From Actinomycetota bacterium (GTDB taxonomy: Bacteria > Actinomycetota > AC-67): a DNA stretch of 43,496 nt. The stretch spans positions 1 through 43,496 of the forward strand of contig DATGHY010000315.1 in NCBI GenBank assembly GCA_035307625.1, written 5' to 3'. Position 1 is the first letter of the stretch. Each line of letters opens with the position of its first letter. The notes under the pieces were generated by a model that was not told the DNA's origin, ran no database searches, and saw only the letters and a list, made by a program, of their open reading frames with translations. This document shows positions 34,184 to 43,496 of this stretch, in pieces. The position numbers were made by a program, and so were the translations under genes.

Positions 34184-37100
34184 ATGGGGGACCGCAGCGC
34201 GAGACGTAGTCGTCTCGGCATCTTCTCTTCTCGACGTTCTTTCGGCGCGCGCGCGCTCGTCATTCTTGTCACCGGCGTTCTGGTGTTGGGTGTGACGAGC
34301 ATTCCCGCGCTGGCACTTCCCGTGAACCAGTTCGAGCTTGACGGGAACGCGCTATACAACGGTCACGATGACTGGCAGAACGTTCTTGGGTTCTCGGGTC
34401 CCGCAGGAAGCGACTTCAACCATTCGTTCATCACCGACGTCATGGGTGGGCCCCACTACTTCACCGGCGGCGGTTCGAAGGACATCCATGACGTCAGCAG
34501 TTGGGCGTACAACTCGCTAGGCGCGCAAGATAAAGACGAGATCACCCACGCGTACTCGGCCGCCTACCTCAACAGCGGTCACCTGAACCTGTACTTCGGT
34601 ATGGACCGCTATTCCAACAGCGGCGACTCCACTGCGGGTTTTTGGTTCTTCCAGAACAAGATCGGTACCAACGGCAGCGGCAAGTTCACCGGTACGCACG
34701 CCGTCGGTGACCTCCTAATCGTAAGCGACTTCTCAAACGGCGGCGCGATCAGCAGCATCAAGGCTTACAAGTGGAACGGTACCGGCCTCACCGCGTTCAC
34801 CGCGGTGGGCGGCGACTGCTCGGTTGCGATCAGCGACCCGCTGTGTGCCATCGTCAACCAGACCGATACCGCCTCCCCGTGGTCCTACACGCCGAAGTCG
34901 GGTACCGCGAACGTCTTCCCGGCGATCGGCTCGTTCCTCGAGGGTGGTATCGACCTGAACGACACGAATATCTTCGGTAGCAACGTCCCCTGCTTCTCGA
35001 GCTTCCTGGCGGAGACGCGTGCGTCTACCTCGACGGATTCCACTCTGTCCGACTTCGCGCTCGGCGGCGTGAATACGTGCGGCAAGGTCACGGGTACGAA
35101 GTACAACGACATCAACGGTAACGGGACCCGCGACAACGGTGAGCCGGGTTTGGCGAACTGGACGATCTCGCTGACCGGTAACGGCACGACGATAACAACG
35201 ACGACGGATTCAAGCGGCAACTTCGAATTCGACGATGTCACGCCTGGCACTTACTTGGTCTGCGAGACTGAGCAAGCGACGTGGTTCCAGACCGAACCGA
35301 GCTCGGGAGGGGACTGTTCTGCGCACGGCGGTGGCCACGGCTACTCGATCACGGTCGGCCAAGGCCAGACTGTCTCCGACAACATCTTCGGGAACACACA
35401 GCACCCGCATCTGACGATCACGAAGACAGCGGACGCGCCGTCGACGGTGAGCGCGGGCGACACCATCGGTTACACGATCACCGTGGGGAACACTGGTCCT
35501 GGAACAGCCGTCGGGGTGAAGCTGTCCGACACACTGCCGAACAATCCGGGCCTTGACTGGAAGATCACGGCTCCGGCTCCGTCGGCCGGCTGGGGTGGAA
35601 CCTGCGGGATAGCTGCAGGCGCGCTCGCCTGCGGCGGTTCGAGCGGCGTCACGCTTGCCAGCGGCGACAGCCTTTCGGTCCACATCTCTTCGACGACTAC
35701 GAAGGCGACCTGCGGAACGGTTTCGAACACTGCGACGGTCTCCGGCACGAACAACGACGGTTCACCGTCGGCCGGTCCGGTCGACATCACAGTGAACTGC
35801 CCGGTTTTGACGATCACGAAGGTGGCCGACGCCACGACCGTGAATGCCGGGGACCCGATCGGCTACACAATCACCGTCACCAACACGGCCGCCGGCACCG
35901 CGCACGGCGTGAAGCTGTCCGACACCTTGCCAACGAACACCGGGCTCAGCTGGTCGATCACCGCTCCCGGCCAATCGGCCGGCTGGGGTGGGACCTGCGT
36001 CATCGACACCGGTGTGCTGACCTGCGGTGGCACGAACGGCGTAGATTTGGCGCCAAGCGCGAGCTTGTCGGTTCACATCTCGTCGCCCACGACGAAGGAC
36101 ACGTGCGGCACGGTTGCCAACTCGGCCTCTGCGACGTCGGGCAACGATGGTAGCCCCACGGTCGGTCCAGTCGACATCACGGTCCTGTGCCCCAACCTTG
36201 AGATCACGAAGACCGCCGATGCGACGACGGTGAACGCCGGCGACACGATCGGCTACACGATCACGGTCCACAACACCGGTGCAGGCCAAGCGTCGGGAGT
36301 GAAGCTCTCCGACACCTTGCCGGCCAACGACGGTCTGAGCTGGAGCATCACGCCTCCAAGCCCCTCGACAGGATGGGGCGGCACGTGTGGGATCAACGCC
36401 GGCGTCCTCGCTTGCGGCGACACCACCGGCGTGACGCTCGCATCGGGCGCGAGCCTTTCGGTGCACATCTCGTCGCCGACGACAGCAGCGACGTGCGGCA
36501 CGGTTGCCAACTCAGCCTCTGCGACTTCGGGCAACGACGGCTCGCCTTCGGTTGGTCCCGTCGACATCGTGGTCAACTGCCCGCACCTCACGATCACGAA
36601 GGTTGCGGACGCGACGACGGTCAACGCGGGCGACACGATCGGCTACACGATCACGGTGGGCAACGATGGCGAAGGCACCGCAACCGGCGTGAAGCTCACC
36701 GACACGCTGCCGACCAACGCTGGGCTCAGCTGGAGCATCGCAGGAACGACTGGAAGCCCAACGTGCGACATCGGGGTCACGACGGCCGGCGTCCTGACCT
36801 GCACTAAGGCGAGCCTGGCTTCCGGCGCGAGCTTCTCCGTCCACATCACGTCGCCGACGACCTCAGCGTCGTGCGGCACGATAGAGAACTTCGCTTCTGT
36901 TATCGGATCCAACAGCCCGAATTCACCGTCGGTCGGCCCGGTCGACATCCTTGTGAACTGCCCGCACCTGACCATCGCGAAGGTTGCGGATAGCTCAACG
37001 GTCAGCGCGGGCGACACGATCGGCTACACGATTACGGTCGGGAACGACGGCGGCGGAACGGCCACGGGCGTGAAGCTCACCGACACGCTGCCGACCAACG

Positions 37101-38653
37101 CTGGTCTCAGTTGGAGCATCGCCGGGACGACGGGAAGCCCGACCTGCGACATCGGGGTCACGACGGCCGGCGTGCTGACCTGCACCAAAGCGAGCCTCGC
37201 ATCCGGCGCGAGCTTCTCCGTCCACATTACTTCGCCGACCACGGCTGCGACCTGCGGCGTCGTCGCCAACTCGGCATCGGCGACCGGTGGCAATACGCCG
37301 AACTCGCCGTCGGTCGGCCCGGTCGATATCAACGTGCTTTGCCCGAACCTGACGACGTCGAAGACGCCGGACGCGGGCACGGTGAAGGGTGGCGACCCGA
37401 TCGGATTCACGATCACGGTCAGCAACAGCTCCGCTGAGGGCACCGGGACCGCTCACAACGTCGTCATCAGCGACCCGCTGCCGACCGACAACGGCCTAAC
37501 GTGGACCGTGGATCCGCCGAAGACGGGCTGCTCGATCACAAGCAATACGTTGACGTGCAACGTCGGCGACCTGGCACCCGGCGCGAGCTTCAGCGTGCAC
37601 GTGATCTCGAGCAACACGACGGCTGCGGCGTGCGGGTCGACAGTCAACAACACCGCACACGTGACGCTGGACAATGGGACCGCCCCCGACGCCAAAGCTT
37701 CGGTCAACGTAATCTGCCCGCCGCTCGGTATCGGGATCGACAAGGACGGTCCCGACCTGGCACACATCGGTGACACGATCACCTACACGCTGAGTGTCTC
37801 GCTGCCACCCGACTTCACGGAGCCGTTGCACAACGTCGTCGTGACCGACCCGGTCTGCGACACGGCGACGCCGCCGACGTACCAGAGCGGCGACACCAAC
37901 AACAACAAGATCCTCGAAGTCGGCGAGACATGGATCTACACGTGCCAGCACGTGGTTACTTCGAGCGACCCCGATCCTCTGCCGAACACCGCGACGGTGA
38001 CCGGGCAAGACAAGCTCGGTCGCTCGACGCAGGCACAAGACAGCCACATCGTCGACATCATTCACCCCGCTATCTCGATCACGAAGACGCCCAACCCGAC
38101 GTCCGGTAACCCCGGCGACACGGTCACCTACACGTTCGTGGTGAAGAACACGGGAGACACAACCCTGTTCAACATCACGGTTGTGGACGACAAGCTCGGC
38201 ACGATCAATCCGGTTCCGATTCCTCAGCTGGCGCCTGGTCAGAGCGTCACGCTTACGAAGACGACCACGTTGCCGAACGTCGCCGGTGACCTCACCAACG
38301 TGGGAACCGCGAGTGGGACGGACGTCCTCGGGAAGAAGGTCACTGCGAACGCGACCGCACACGTACTTGTCGTGTTGGCCGTGACCATCGCGAAGACGGG
38401 CAGCGATGGCTTCGGATCTCCGACCGGTCTGGTTGGGTTCCTGTTCATCGCCGTCGGAGTTGCATTGGCCACGCGGAAGGAACGGGGTCGGGTCCGGCCG
38501 GCGTTCGATACTTCCGGGAGCGTGGCCGGGAGAGGGATCATGCTCGCTGCGCACCGCCGGTCTTGGCGGATGCGGCGAAGACGTGGCCCACCGACGCGCG
38601 CGCGCCTTCGATGGCGCCGCTCGCAGGGGCCCCCGATGAGGGACGGACCCTAG
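34184..38653 (+). CDS. Sortase-anchored giant surface protein: unknown N-terminal domain, SdrD-B/Cna-B-like domain, eight DUF11-type repeats, IAKTG sorting signal
   Basis: Signal peptide present. GKVTGTKYNDINGNGTRDNGEPGLANWTISL...SGNFEFDDVTPGTYLV is an SdrD B-like fold. The TIGR01451/DUF11 signature AGDTIGYTITVxNTG...GVKLSDTLP recurs. The C-terminus has IAKTG (38387-38401), a hydrophobic helix and RKERGR. Confidence 0.9.
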   Translation: MGDRSARRSRLGIFSSRRSFGARALVILVTGVLVLGVTSIPALALPVNQFELDGNALYNGHDDWQNVLGFSGPAGSDFNHSFITDVMGGPHYFTGGGSKDIHDVSSWAYNSLGAQDKDEITHAYSAAYLNSGHLNLYFGMDRYSNSGDSTAGFWFFQNKIGTNGSGKFTGTHAVGDLLIVSDFSNGGAISSIKAYKWNGTGLTAFTAVGGDCSVAISDPLCAIVNQTDTASPWSYTPKSGTANVFPAIGSFLEGGIDLNDTNIFGSNVPCFSSFLAETRASTSTDSTLSDFALGGVNTCGKVTGTKYNDINGNGTRDNGEPGLANWTISLTGNGTTITTTTDSSGNFEFDDVTPGTYLVCETEQATWFQTEPSSGGDCSAHGGGHGYSITVGQGQTVSDNIFGNTQHPHLTITKTADAPSTVSAGDTIGYTITVGNTGPGTAVGVKLSDTLPNNPGLDWKITAPAPSAGWGGTCGIAAGALACGGSSGVTLASGDSLSVHISSTTTKATCGTVSNTATVSGTNNDGSPSAGPVDITVNCPVLTITKVADATTVNAGDPIGYTITVTNTAAGTAHGVKLSDTLPTNTGLSWSITAPGQSAGWGGTCVIDTGVLTCGGTNGVDLAPSASLSVHISSPTTKDTCGTVANSASATSGNDGSPTVGPVDITVLCPNLEITKTADATTVNAGDTIGYTITVHNTGAGQASGVKLSDTLPANDGLSWSITPPSPSTGWGGTCGINAGVLACGDTTGVTLASGASLSVHISSPTTAATCGTVANSASATSGNDGSPSVGPVDIVVNCPHLTITKVADATTVNAGDTIGYTITVGNDGEGTATGVKLTDTLPTNAGLSWSIAGTTGSPTCDIGVTTAGVLTCTKASLASGASFSVHITSPTTSASCGTIENFASVIGSNSPNSPSVGPVDILVNCPHLTIAKVADSSTVSAGDTIGYTITVGNDGGGTATGVKLTDTLPTNAGLSWSIAGTTGSPTCDIGVTTAGVLTCTKASLASGASFSVHITSPTTAATCGVVANSASATGGNTPNSPSVGPVDINVLCPNLTTSKTPDAGTVKGGDPIGFTITVSNSSAEGTGTAHNVVISDPLPTDNGLTWTVDPPKTGCSITSNTLTCNVGDLAPGASFSVHVISSNTTAAACGSTVNNTAHVTLDNGTAPDAKASVNVICPPLGIGIDKDGPDLAHIGDTITYTLSVSLPPDFTEPLHNVVVTDPVCDTATPPTYQSGDTNNNKILEVGETWIYTCQHVVTSSDPDPLPNTATVTGQDKLGRSTQAQDSHIVDIIHPAISITKTPNPTSGNPGDTVTYTFVVKNTGDTTLFNITVVDDKLGTINPVPIPQLAPGQSVTLTKTTTLPNVAGDLTNVGTASGTDVLGKKVTANATAHVLVVLAVTIAKTGSDGFGSPTGLVGFLFIAVGVALATRKERGRVRPAFDTSGSVAGRGIMLAAHRRSWRMRRRRGPPTRARLRWRRSQGPPMRDGP
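35408..37720 (+). repeat. Six tandem 125-132-codon intragenic repeats (DUF11-type, four conserved Cys each)
   Basis: Unit boundaries fall at ..NCP/HLTITK.. : 35408, 35804, 36194, 36584, 36965, 37346 and 37720. Units 36584-36964 and 36965-37345 are almost identical at the protein level, with many synonymous differences at the nucleotide level. Confidence 0.9.
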
Positions 38654-38755
38654 AGACTTGAGAAGGGGTGGGCAACCACCCCTTCTACCTTTTCCATACC
38701 TTTTCCCTCCGAGGGAGCTACTGCGGCAACCGCGAACCGCTCGTACACTGGCCGC

Positions 38756-39415
38756 ATGCGCGCGGTCAGATCCGTCGGGAACATCTTCATCGTGCTGGGG
38801 CTTACGCTGCTCCTGTTCGTCGTCTACGAAGAGTTTGGGACGTCCCTCGTGACCAACCACCGGCAGACGGTGCTGGCGGACTTCTTCGATCCGGAGATCC
38901 ACATCGGGCCGGCGCCTCTGGCGCCGGCGTCTGCAACCCCGAAGCTCGTCGTGCCGGCGAGCTGGCACGGCCCAACTCCATTGTTCAAACTGACGATCCC
39001 GCGTCTTGGGCACGGCTGGTCTCGCATCGTCGTGCAAGGGGTGTCGCTGTACTCGCTCGCCTACGGTCCGGGTCATTACCCGCAAACGCGGATGCCCGGT
39101 CAGGTCGGGACGGTTGGCATCGCGTGCCACCGGACCGGCTGGGGATCACCGTGCATCAACATCAACCAGATGCAGGTCGGCGATCTGATCTTCATCGACA
39201 CGCCCGCCGGCCGGTATACGTATCGAGTAACGAGCCCCCCCAAGCAGATCGAGAAGACCGATAGCTGGGTTCTCAACGGCGACCCGAGCAGCAAGGATCC
39301 GTACAAGCTCGCTATCACGACGTGCACACCGCCGCACACGTCGCTGCACCGGATGGTCATCTGGGCCGATCAGATCTCGCCCGTGCCGGGACAGAGTCCC
39401 GCACCCGCTGCCTGA
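38756..39415 (+). CDS. Class E sortase
   Basis: N-terminal TM anchor. Motifs are LTIPRLG, the catalytic His in GIACHRT and the catalytic Cys in LAITTCTP. Class E enzymes are known to prefer LAxTG-type signals. Confidence 0.9.
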   Translation: MRAVRSVGNIFIVLGLTLLLFVVYEEFGTSLVTNHRQTVLADFFDPEIHIGPAPLAPASATPKLVVPASWHGPTPLFKLTIPRLGHGWSRIVVQGVSLYSLAYGPGHYPQTRMPGQVGTVGIACHRTGWGSPCININQMQVGDLIFIDTPAGRYTYRVTSPPKQIEKTDSWVLNGDPSSKDPYKLAITTCTPPHTSLHRMVIWADQISPVPGQSPAPAA

Positions 39416-39603
39416 TGACCTATACCAAGCCGAAACGACAAGAACCGGCCGGACGACACCGCCGACGGCGCCTCTTACCGTCGAAGCGGTGGCAGCGGAT
39501 CGTGATCTACATCGTGTTGGCGCTCGGATACGCCGCGCTCATGTGGTTCTATGTGTTCCCGTGGGCCGACCGTATCGTCAACCGCCCGACCATAACCGGC
39601 TGA
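39415..39603 (+). CDS. Small single-TM membrane protein (62 aa), hypothetical
   Basis: ATGA overlap with the sortase stop. The N-terminus is basic (KPKRQEPAGRHRRRRLLPSKRWQR), followed by one hydrophobic helix. Confidence 0.5.
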   Translation: MTYTKPKRQEPAGRHRRRRLLPSKRWQRIVIYIVLALGYAALMWFYVFPWADRIVNRPTITG

Positions 39604-39646
39604 CAGCCATTTGCGCGCGCCCGGCGTGCGCGCCGAGGATACGCCC

Positions 39647-40480
39647 ATGCTGATCTCCGCGAAGCTCGCACCGATGTTCTCTTACGAAGAGCTCGAGCGG
39701 TTCTGGCGCGATGCAGACGAGCTGGGGTTCCACGCGGTCTGGAACTACGACCACTTCTACGGCCTCGGCGGCGGAGTCGCCGATTTCCGGAAGGACACGT
39801 TGGAGGGCTGGACCACCCTGGCCGCCATGGCCGTGATCGTGAAGCGCGCGCGCATCGGGTGCATGGTGACCGGGGTCACCTACCGCCATCCCGCGGTATT
39901 GGCGAACATGGCGACGACCGTCGATCACATCTCGGGCGGACGCCTGGAGTTCGGCCTCGGGGCGGCGTGGCACGAAGCCGAGCACGCCGGTTACGGCATC
40001 GACTTCCCTCGCGCCGGCGTTCGCATCGCGATGCTCGATGAAGCGCTGCAGGTGATCAAGCTGCTCTGGTCGGAAGACGAAGCGAACTTCGACGGGCAGT
40101 ACTACCAGCTCAAGGACGCCATCTGTAACCCCAAGCCTGTGCAGAAACCGCACCCGCCGATCGTCGTCGGCGGCACCGGCGAGAAGAAGATGCTCCGCGT
40201 CGTCGCCACCCACGCGAACGAATGGAACGCGGTGAGCTTCGACCCCAAGGAGTGGGAGCGCCTCAACACGGTGCTCGACGAACATTGCGAAGCCATCGGC
40301 CGCGACCCGAAGGAGATCCGGCGCGGGGTGCAACTGTTCATCCATCCGGATCAAGAGGAACAGATGGCGGGCATGATCGGTCTGCTACCGGAATTCGAGC
40401 AGGCCGGTTGCCAGCACGCCGTGCTCAGCTTCTACCAGCCGCCTTCGCGCGCGCAGCTCGAGCAGGTCGCTCCGAAGTAG
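39647..40480 (+). CDS. LLM-class F420-dependent oxidoreductase
   Basis: Motifs are GFHAVWNYDHF, RLEFGLGAAW and PPIVVGGTGEKKML, typical of the TIGR03560-like family. Confidence 0.9.
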   Translation: MLISAKLAPMFSYEELERFWRDADELGFHAVWNYDHFYGLGGGVADFRKDTLEGWTTLAAMAVIVKRARIGCMVTGVTYRHPAVLANMATTVDHISGGRLEFGLGAAWHEAEHAGYGIDFPRAGVRIAMLDEALQVIKLLWSEDEANFDGQYYQLKDAICNPKPVQKPHPPIVVGGTGEKKMLRVVATHANEWNAVSFDPKEWERLNTVLDEHCEAIGRDPKEIRRGVQLFIHPDQEEQMAGMIGLLPEFEQAGCQHAVLSFYQPPSRAQLEQVAPK

Positions 40481-40506
40481 TGCGCATCCGGACGCGTCTG
40501 CCGGCC

Positions 40507-40938
40507 ATGGACGAGGCCGCCGTTCGAGCAGCCGTCTCCGGCCTCCCCGAAGCCGAAGGCTACGAGCTGATCGTGCAGCCGCTGCGGTACCGGTCGGCGC
40601 CGCACCTCGCCGCCTATACGGTGTTCGACGATCGCACGATCACGCTGCAGATCCCCGAGCCGTTCTATCCGTTCGGGGAAGTCGTCCATTACGGAGCGAA
40701 ACGGCTCGCCGCCAAGGGGATGAAGTTCGTGCCCCTGAGTGAGGGCGTGACGTTCCGATCCCGAGCGGAGGTCGCGCGCTTCCTCTACTGCCACGAGTGG
40801 TACCACTGGTACCTGTACGAGGTGCTGCACAAGAACTCGTCGGCCGAGACGGCGTGCGACCGATTCGCGCTGCACAACTTCAGGCGCCGCGTCGTGACGA
40901 TGGAAGACGCTCAGAAGGCGTACCGGCGCGCGCGCTGA
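40507..40938 (+). CDS. Hypothetical 143-aa protein with an HExxH motif
   Basis: This is an internal ATG of track ORF 40222..40938. It carries CHEWYHWYLYE (HEWYH). I recognise no family. Confidence 0.55.
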   Translation: MDEAAVRAAVSGLPEAEGYELIVQPLRYRSAPHLAAYTVFDDRTITLQIPEPFYPFGEVVHYGAKRLAAKGMKFVPLSEGVTFRSRAEVARFLYCHEWYHWYLYEVLHKNSSAETACDRFALHNFRRRVVTMEDAQKAYRRAR

Positions 40939-40980
40939 GCTTCACCGATCTTCCGCGAACCCGGCCCTATCCTTTGACCG

Positions 40981-41502
40981 ATGGGCCTCTTCCACCTCGG
41001 CGAGCCCGCGTGGGCCTTGATCGTCCGGTCGGCCGCGATCTATCTGGTGCTGCTCGTCGGGCTGCGCGTCTTCGGCAAGCGCGAGGTCGGTCAGTTCACG
41101 TTGTTCGACCTGGTCTTCGTCCTTTTGGTCGCCAACGCCGTCCAACCGGCGATGACCGGCCGAGACCTGTCGCTCGGCGGCGGCTTCATCATCATCGCGA
41201 CGCTGCTCACGCTGAACTATACCGTGGCGCGCCTACGCATCCGCTTCCCGATCATCGAGCGCGCGCTCGAGTCGAAGAGCGTGGTGGTCGCACGCGACGG
41301 CGCCTGGATCGACGAGAAGCTGAAACACGAAGGGATCACGGCCACGGAAGCCTTGGCGGCATTGCGCGAGCATGGGATCGACGCCGTCGATCAGACCCGG
41401 ATCGTGGTTCTGGAGGCCGACGGGTCCCTCAGCGTCGTCCCCAAGGACCCGGCGGTGGCGCACCGCCGCAAGAGGAACGTCCGGTTCGTGAAGCGGGCCT
41501 AG
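40981..41502 (+). CDS. DUF421 (YetF-like) membrane protein
   Basis: LIVRSAAIYLVLLVGLRVFGKREVGQFTLFDLVFVLLVANAVQ matches the DUF421/YetF N-terminal signature. Confidence 0.85.
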   Translation: MGLFHLGEPAWALIVRSAAIYLVLLVGLRVFGKREVGQFTLFDLVFVLLVANAVQPAMTGRDLSLGGGFIIIATLLTLNYTVARLRIRFPIIERALESKSVVVARDGAWIDEKLKHEGITATEALAALREHGIDAVDQTRIVVLEADGSLSVVPKDPAVAHRRKRNVRFVKRA

Positions 41503-41536
41503 TCCGCGGCAGAGGCCCACGGCTACACTGGCCGCT

Positions 41537-42709
41537 GTGAGCCAGGTGCGCATCGGTTCCGGGTTCTCGACCGACCTGGATGCTGCGCGCGCGACCGCGG
41601 AAGCCGCGGCCGACGCCACCGCGCATTTCCAAGACGAGCACCCCGATCTCGTCTTCGTTTTCTTCTCCAACGACCACCGCGATTCGGCGGAGGAGATCTC
41701 AACGGCGCTCCGCGAGCGCTTCCCGCTGGCCGCGTTGTTGGGCTCCGGTGCCGATGGCATCGTCGCCGGGCCGCACGAGCTCGAGGCCGGCCCTGCGGTG
41801 TCCGTGTGGGCCGCCGTCCTGCCCGATACGAAAGTCGTGCCGTTCGCATTGGACTTCGTCGAGGTCGGCGACGGCGTCGCGGAGTATCACGGCTGGCCGG
41901 ACGGGCTCGATCCCGACGCGACCATCGTGATGATGTGCGATCCGTTCTCGTTCCCGGCCGGCCACCTGCTCGCGAAGATGAACGACGATGCGCCGGGTAT
42001 GCTCGTGATCGGCGGCGTGGCGAGCGGCGTGCACGGCGAGGGCGAAGCGAGGCTGCTCGTCAATGAACACGTACGGACGTCGGGCGCGATATGCGCTGGG
42101 ATCAGCGGTCGCGTGCGCGTGCGGCCGGCGGTGTCGCAAGGGTGCCGGCCGATCGGCGCGGCAGCCACGATCACGCGGGCCGATCGCAACATGATCTTCG
42201 AGCTGGCAGGCGGCCGGCCCGTCGAGCGGATCAACGAGATCTGGACGAACGCCAGCCCGCGAGAGCGCGCGCTGATGCAGAACGGGCTGTTCCTTGGTCG
42301 CGTGGTAGACGAATACAAGAGCACCGATTTCTCCGCTGGGGACTTCGTCGTCCGCAATGTGGTCGGCGCCGACGCGGAAACGGGCGTTGTGGCGGTGGGG
42401 GATGTGGTGGGCGTCGGCGAAACGGTTCAGTTCCACATCCGCGACCCGGAGGCGGCAGACGACGCGCTGCACGCGCTGCTGACGTCGCTGGACGTCACCC
42501 CGGCGGGAGCGCTGCTGTTCACGTGCAACGGCCGGGGCTCGAACATGTTCGACGAGCCGGATCACGACGCAGCGATGGTCAGCAAGGTGCTCGGCACGCC
42601 GTTGGCCGGCTTCTTCGCGAACGGCGAATTGGGCCCGATCGGATCGCGCAATTTCTGGCACAGCTTCACGGCTTCGCTGGCCTTATTCGTGGACAGCGCC
42701 GCACCCTGA
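41537..42709 (+). CDS. FIST N/C domain signal-transduction protein
   Basis: The C-terminal motif LLFTCNGRGSNMFDEPDHDAAMV......LAGFFANGELGP is characteristic of FIST_C. Confidence 0.85.
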   Translation: MSQVRIGSGFSTDLDAARATAEAAADATAHFQDEHPDLVFVFFSNDHRDSAEEISTALRERFPLAALLGSGADGIVAGPHELEAGPAVSVWAAVLPDTKVVPFALDFVEVGDGVAEYHGWPDGLDPDATIVMMCDPFSFPAGHLLAKMNDDAPGMLVIGGVASGVHGEGEARLLVNEHVRTSGAICAGISGRVRVRPAVSQGCRPIGAAATITRADRNMIFELAGGRPVERINEIWTNASPRERALMQNGLFLGRVVDEYKSTDFSAGDFVVRNVVGADAETGVVAVGDVVGVGETVQFHIRDPEAADDALHALLTSLDVTPAGALLFTCNGRGSNMFDEPDHDAAMVSKVLGTPLAGFFANGELGPIGSRNFWHSFTASLALFVDSAAP

Positions 42710-42747
42710 GCGAGCCCGACAAGCGATACGGCGCGCGCTATAGGATT

Positions 42748-43496
<749 letters not shown>

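Noticed and set aside
35210-37782. Series of similar antisense ORFs (several ending ..PTVIV) within the adhesin gene
   Set aside because: Their similarity simply mirrors the sense-strand tandem repeats. They have no start context or independent signals.
37496-39130. 544-aa minus-strand ORF overlapping the adhesin 3' end and the sortase
   Set aside because: It is antisense to two genes with diagnostic motifs and its product is Arg-rich and featureless.

Overview
This is a high-GC, gene-dense chromosomal segment. It looks Actinomycetota-like, an inference from several features: PAC2, two F420/LLM-type oxidoreductases, a class E sortase, and a TopA with GRYGPY C-terminal repeats and a Lys-rich tail instead of zinc fingers. 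I support about 40 protein genes, one TPP riboswitch, several intrinsic-terminator-like hairpins and a few candidate operators. I saw no rRNA, tRNA, CRISPR array or transposase/integrase.

Gene content, in order:
- A 5'-truncated ChlI/MoxR-like AAA+ ATPase coupled to a VWA protein.
- A cupredoxin-like lipoprotein, an LLM oxidoreductase, an unknown secreted protein, PAC2 and a Pro-rich repeat secreted protein.
- A probably Tat-exported phospholipase C/phosphoesterase, a DUF4236 protein, two tandem M23 peptidases and an Fpg/Nei glycosylase.
- A translationally coupled acyl-CoA dehydrogenase and APH-like kinase.
- Two orphan histidine kinases and an RsbW-like ATPase.
- A three-gene envelope operon of unknown function.
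- A PucR regulator, a macro-domain protein, a TIGR01777-type epimerase, a GT2, a stand-alone receiver and topA.
- A TetR-MFS operon, hemolysin III, a haloalkane dehalogenase, DJ-1/PfpI and a metallophosphoesterase.
- A 1489-aa DUF11-repeat surface protein with an IAKTG sorting signal, followed by a class E sortase.
- An F420 LLM oxidoreductase, a small HExxH protein, DUF421, FIST, and TPP riboswitch-thiC (3'-truncated).

The best candidate for an undescribed system is the visibly lower-GC operon at 17548-19635. It encodes an N-anchored beta-rich protein, a 4-TM protein with an acidic IDxTE-repeat tail, and a secreted paralog. Both soluble proteins end in a terminal Cys.

Secondary candidates are the adhesin/sortase module, the ACAD+kinase pair, the ATPase+VWA pair and a structured noncoding region at about 23800-24020. 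All family assignments rest on motif recognition by eye. No database search was run.
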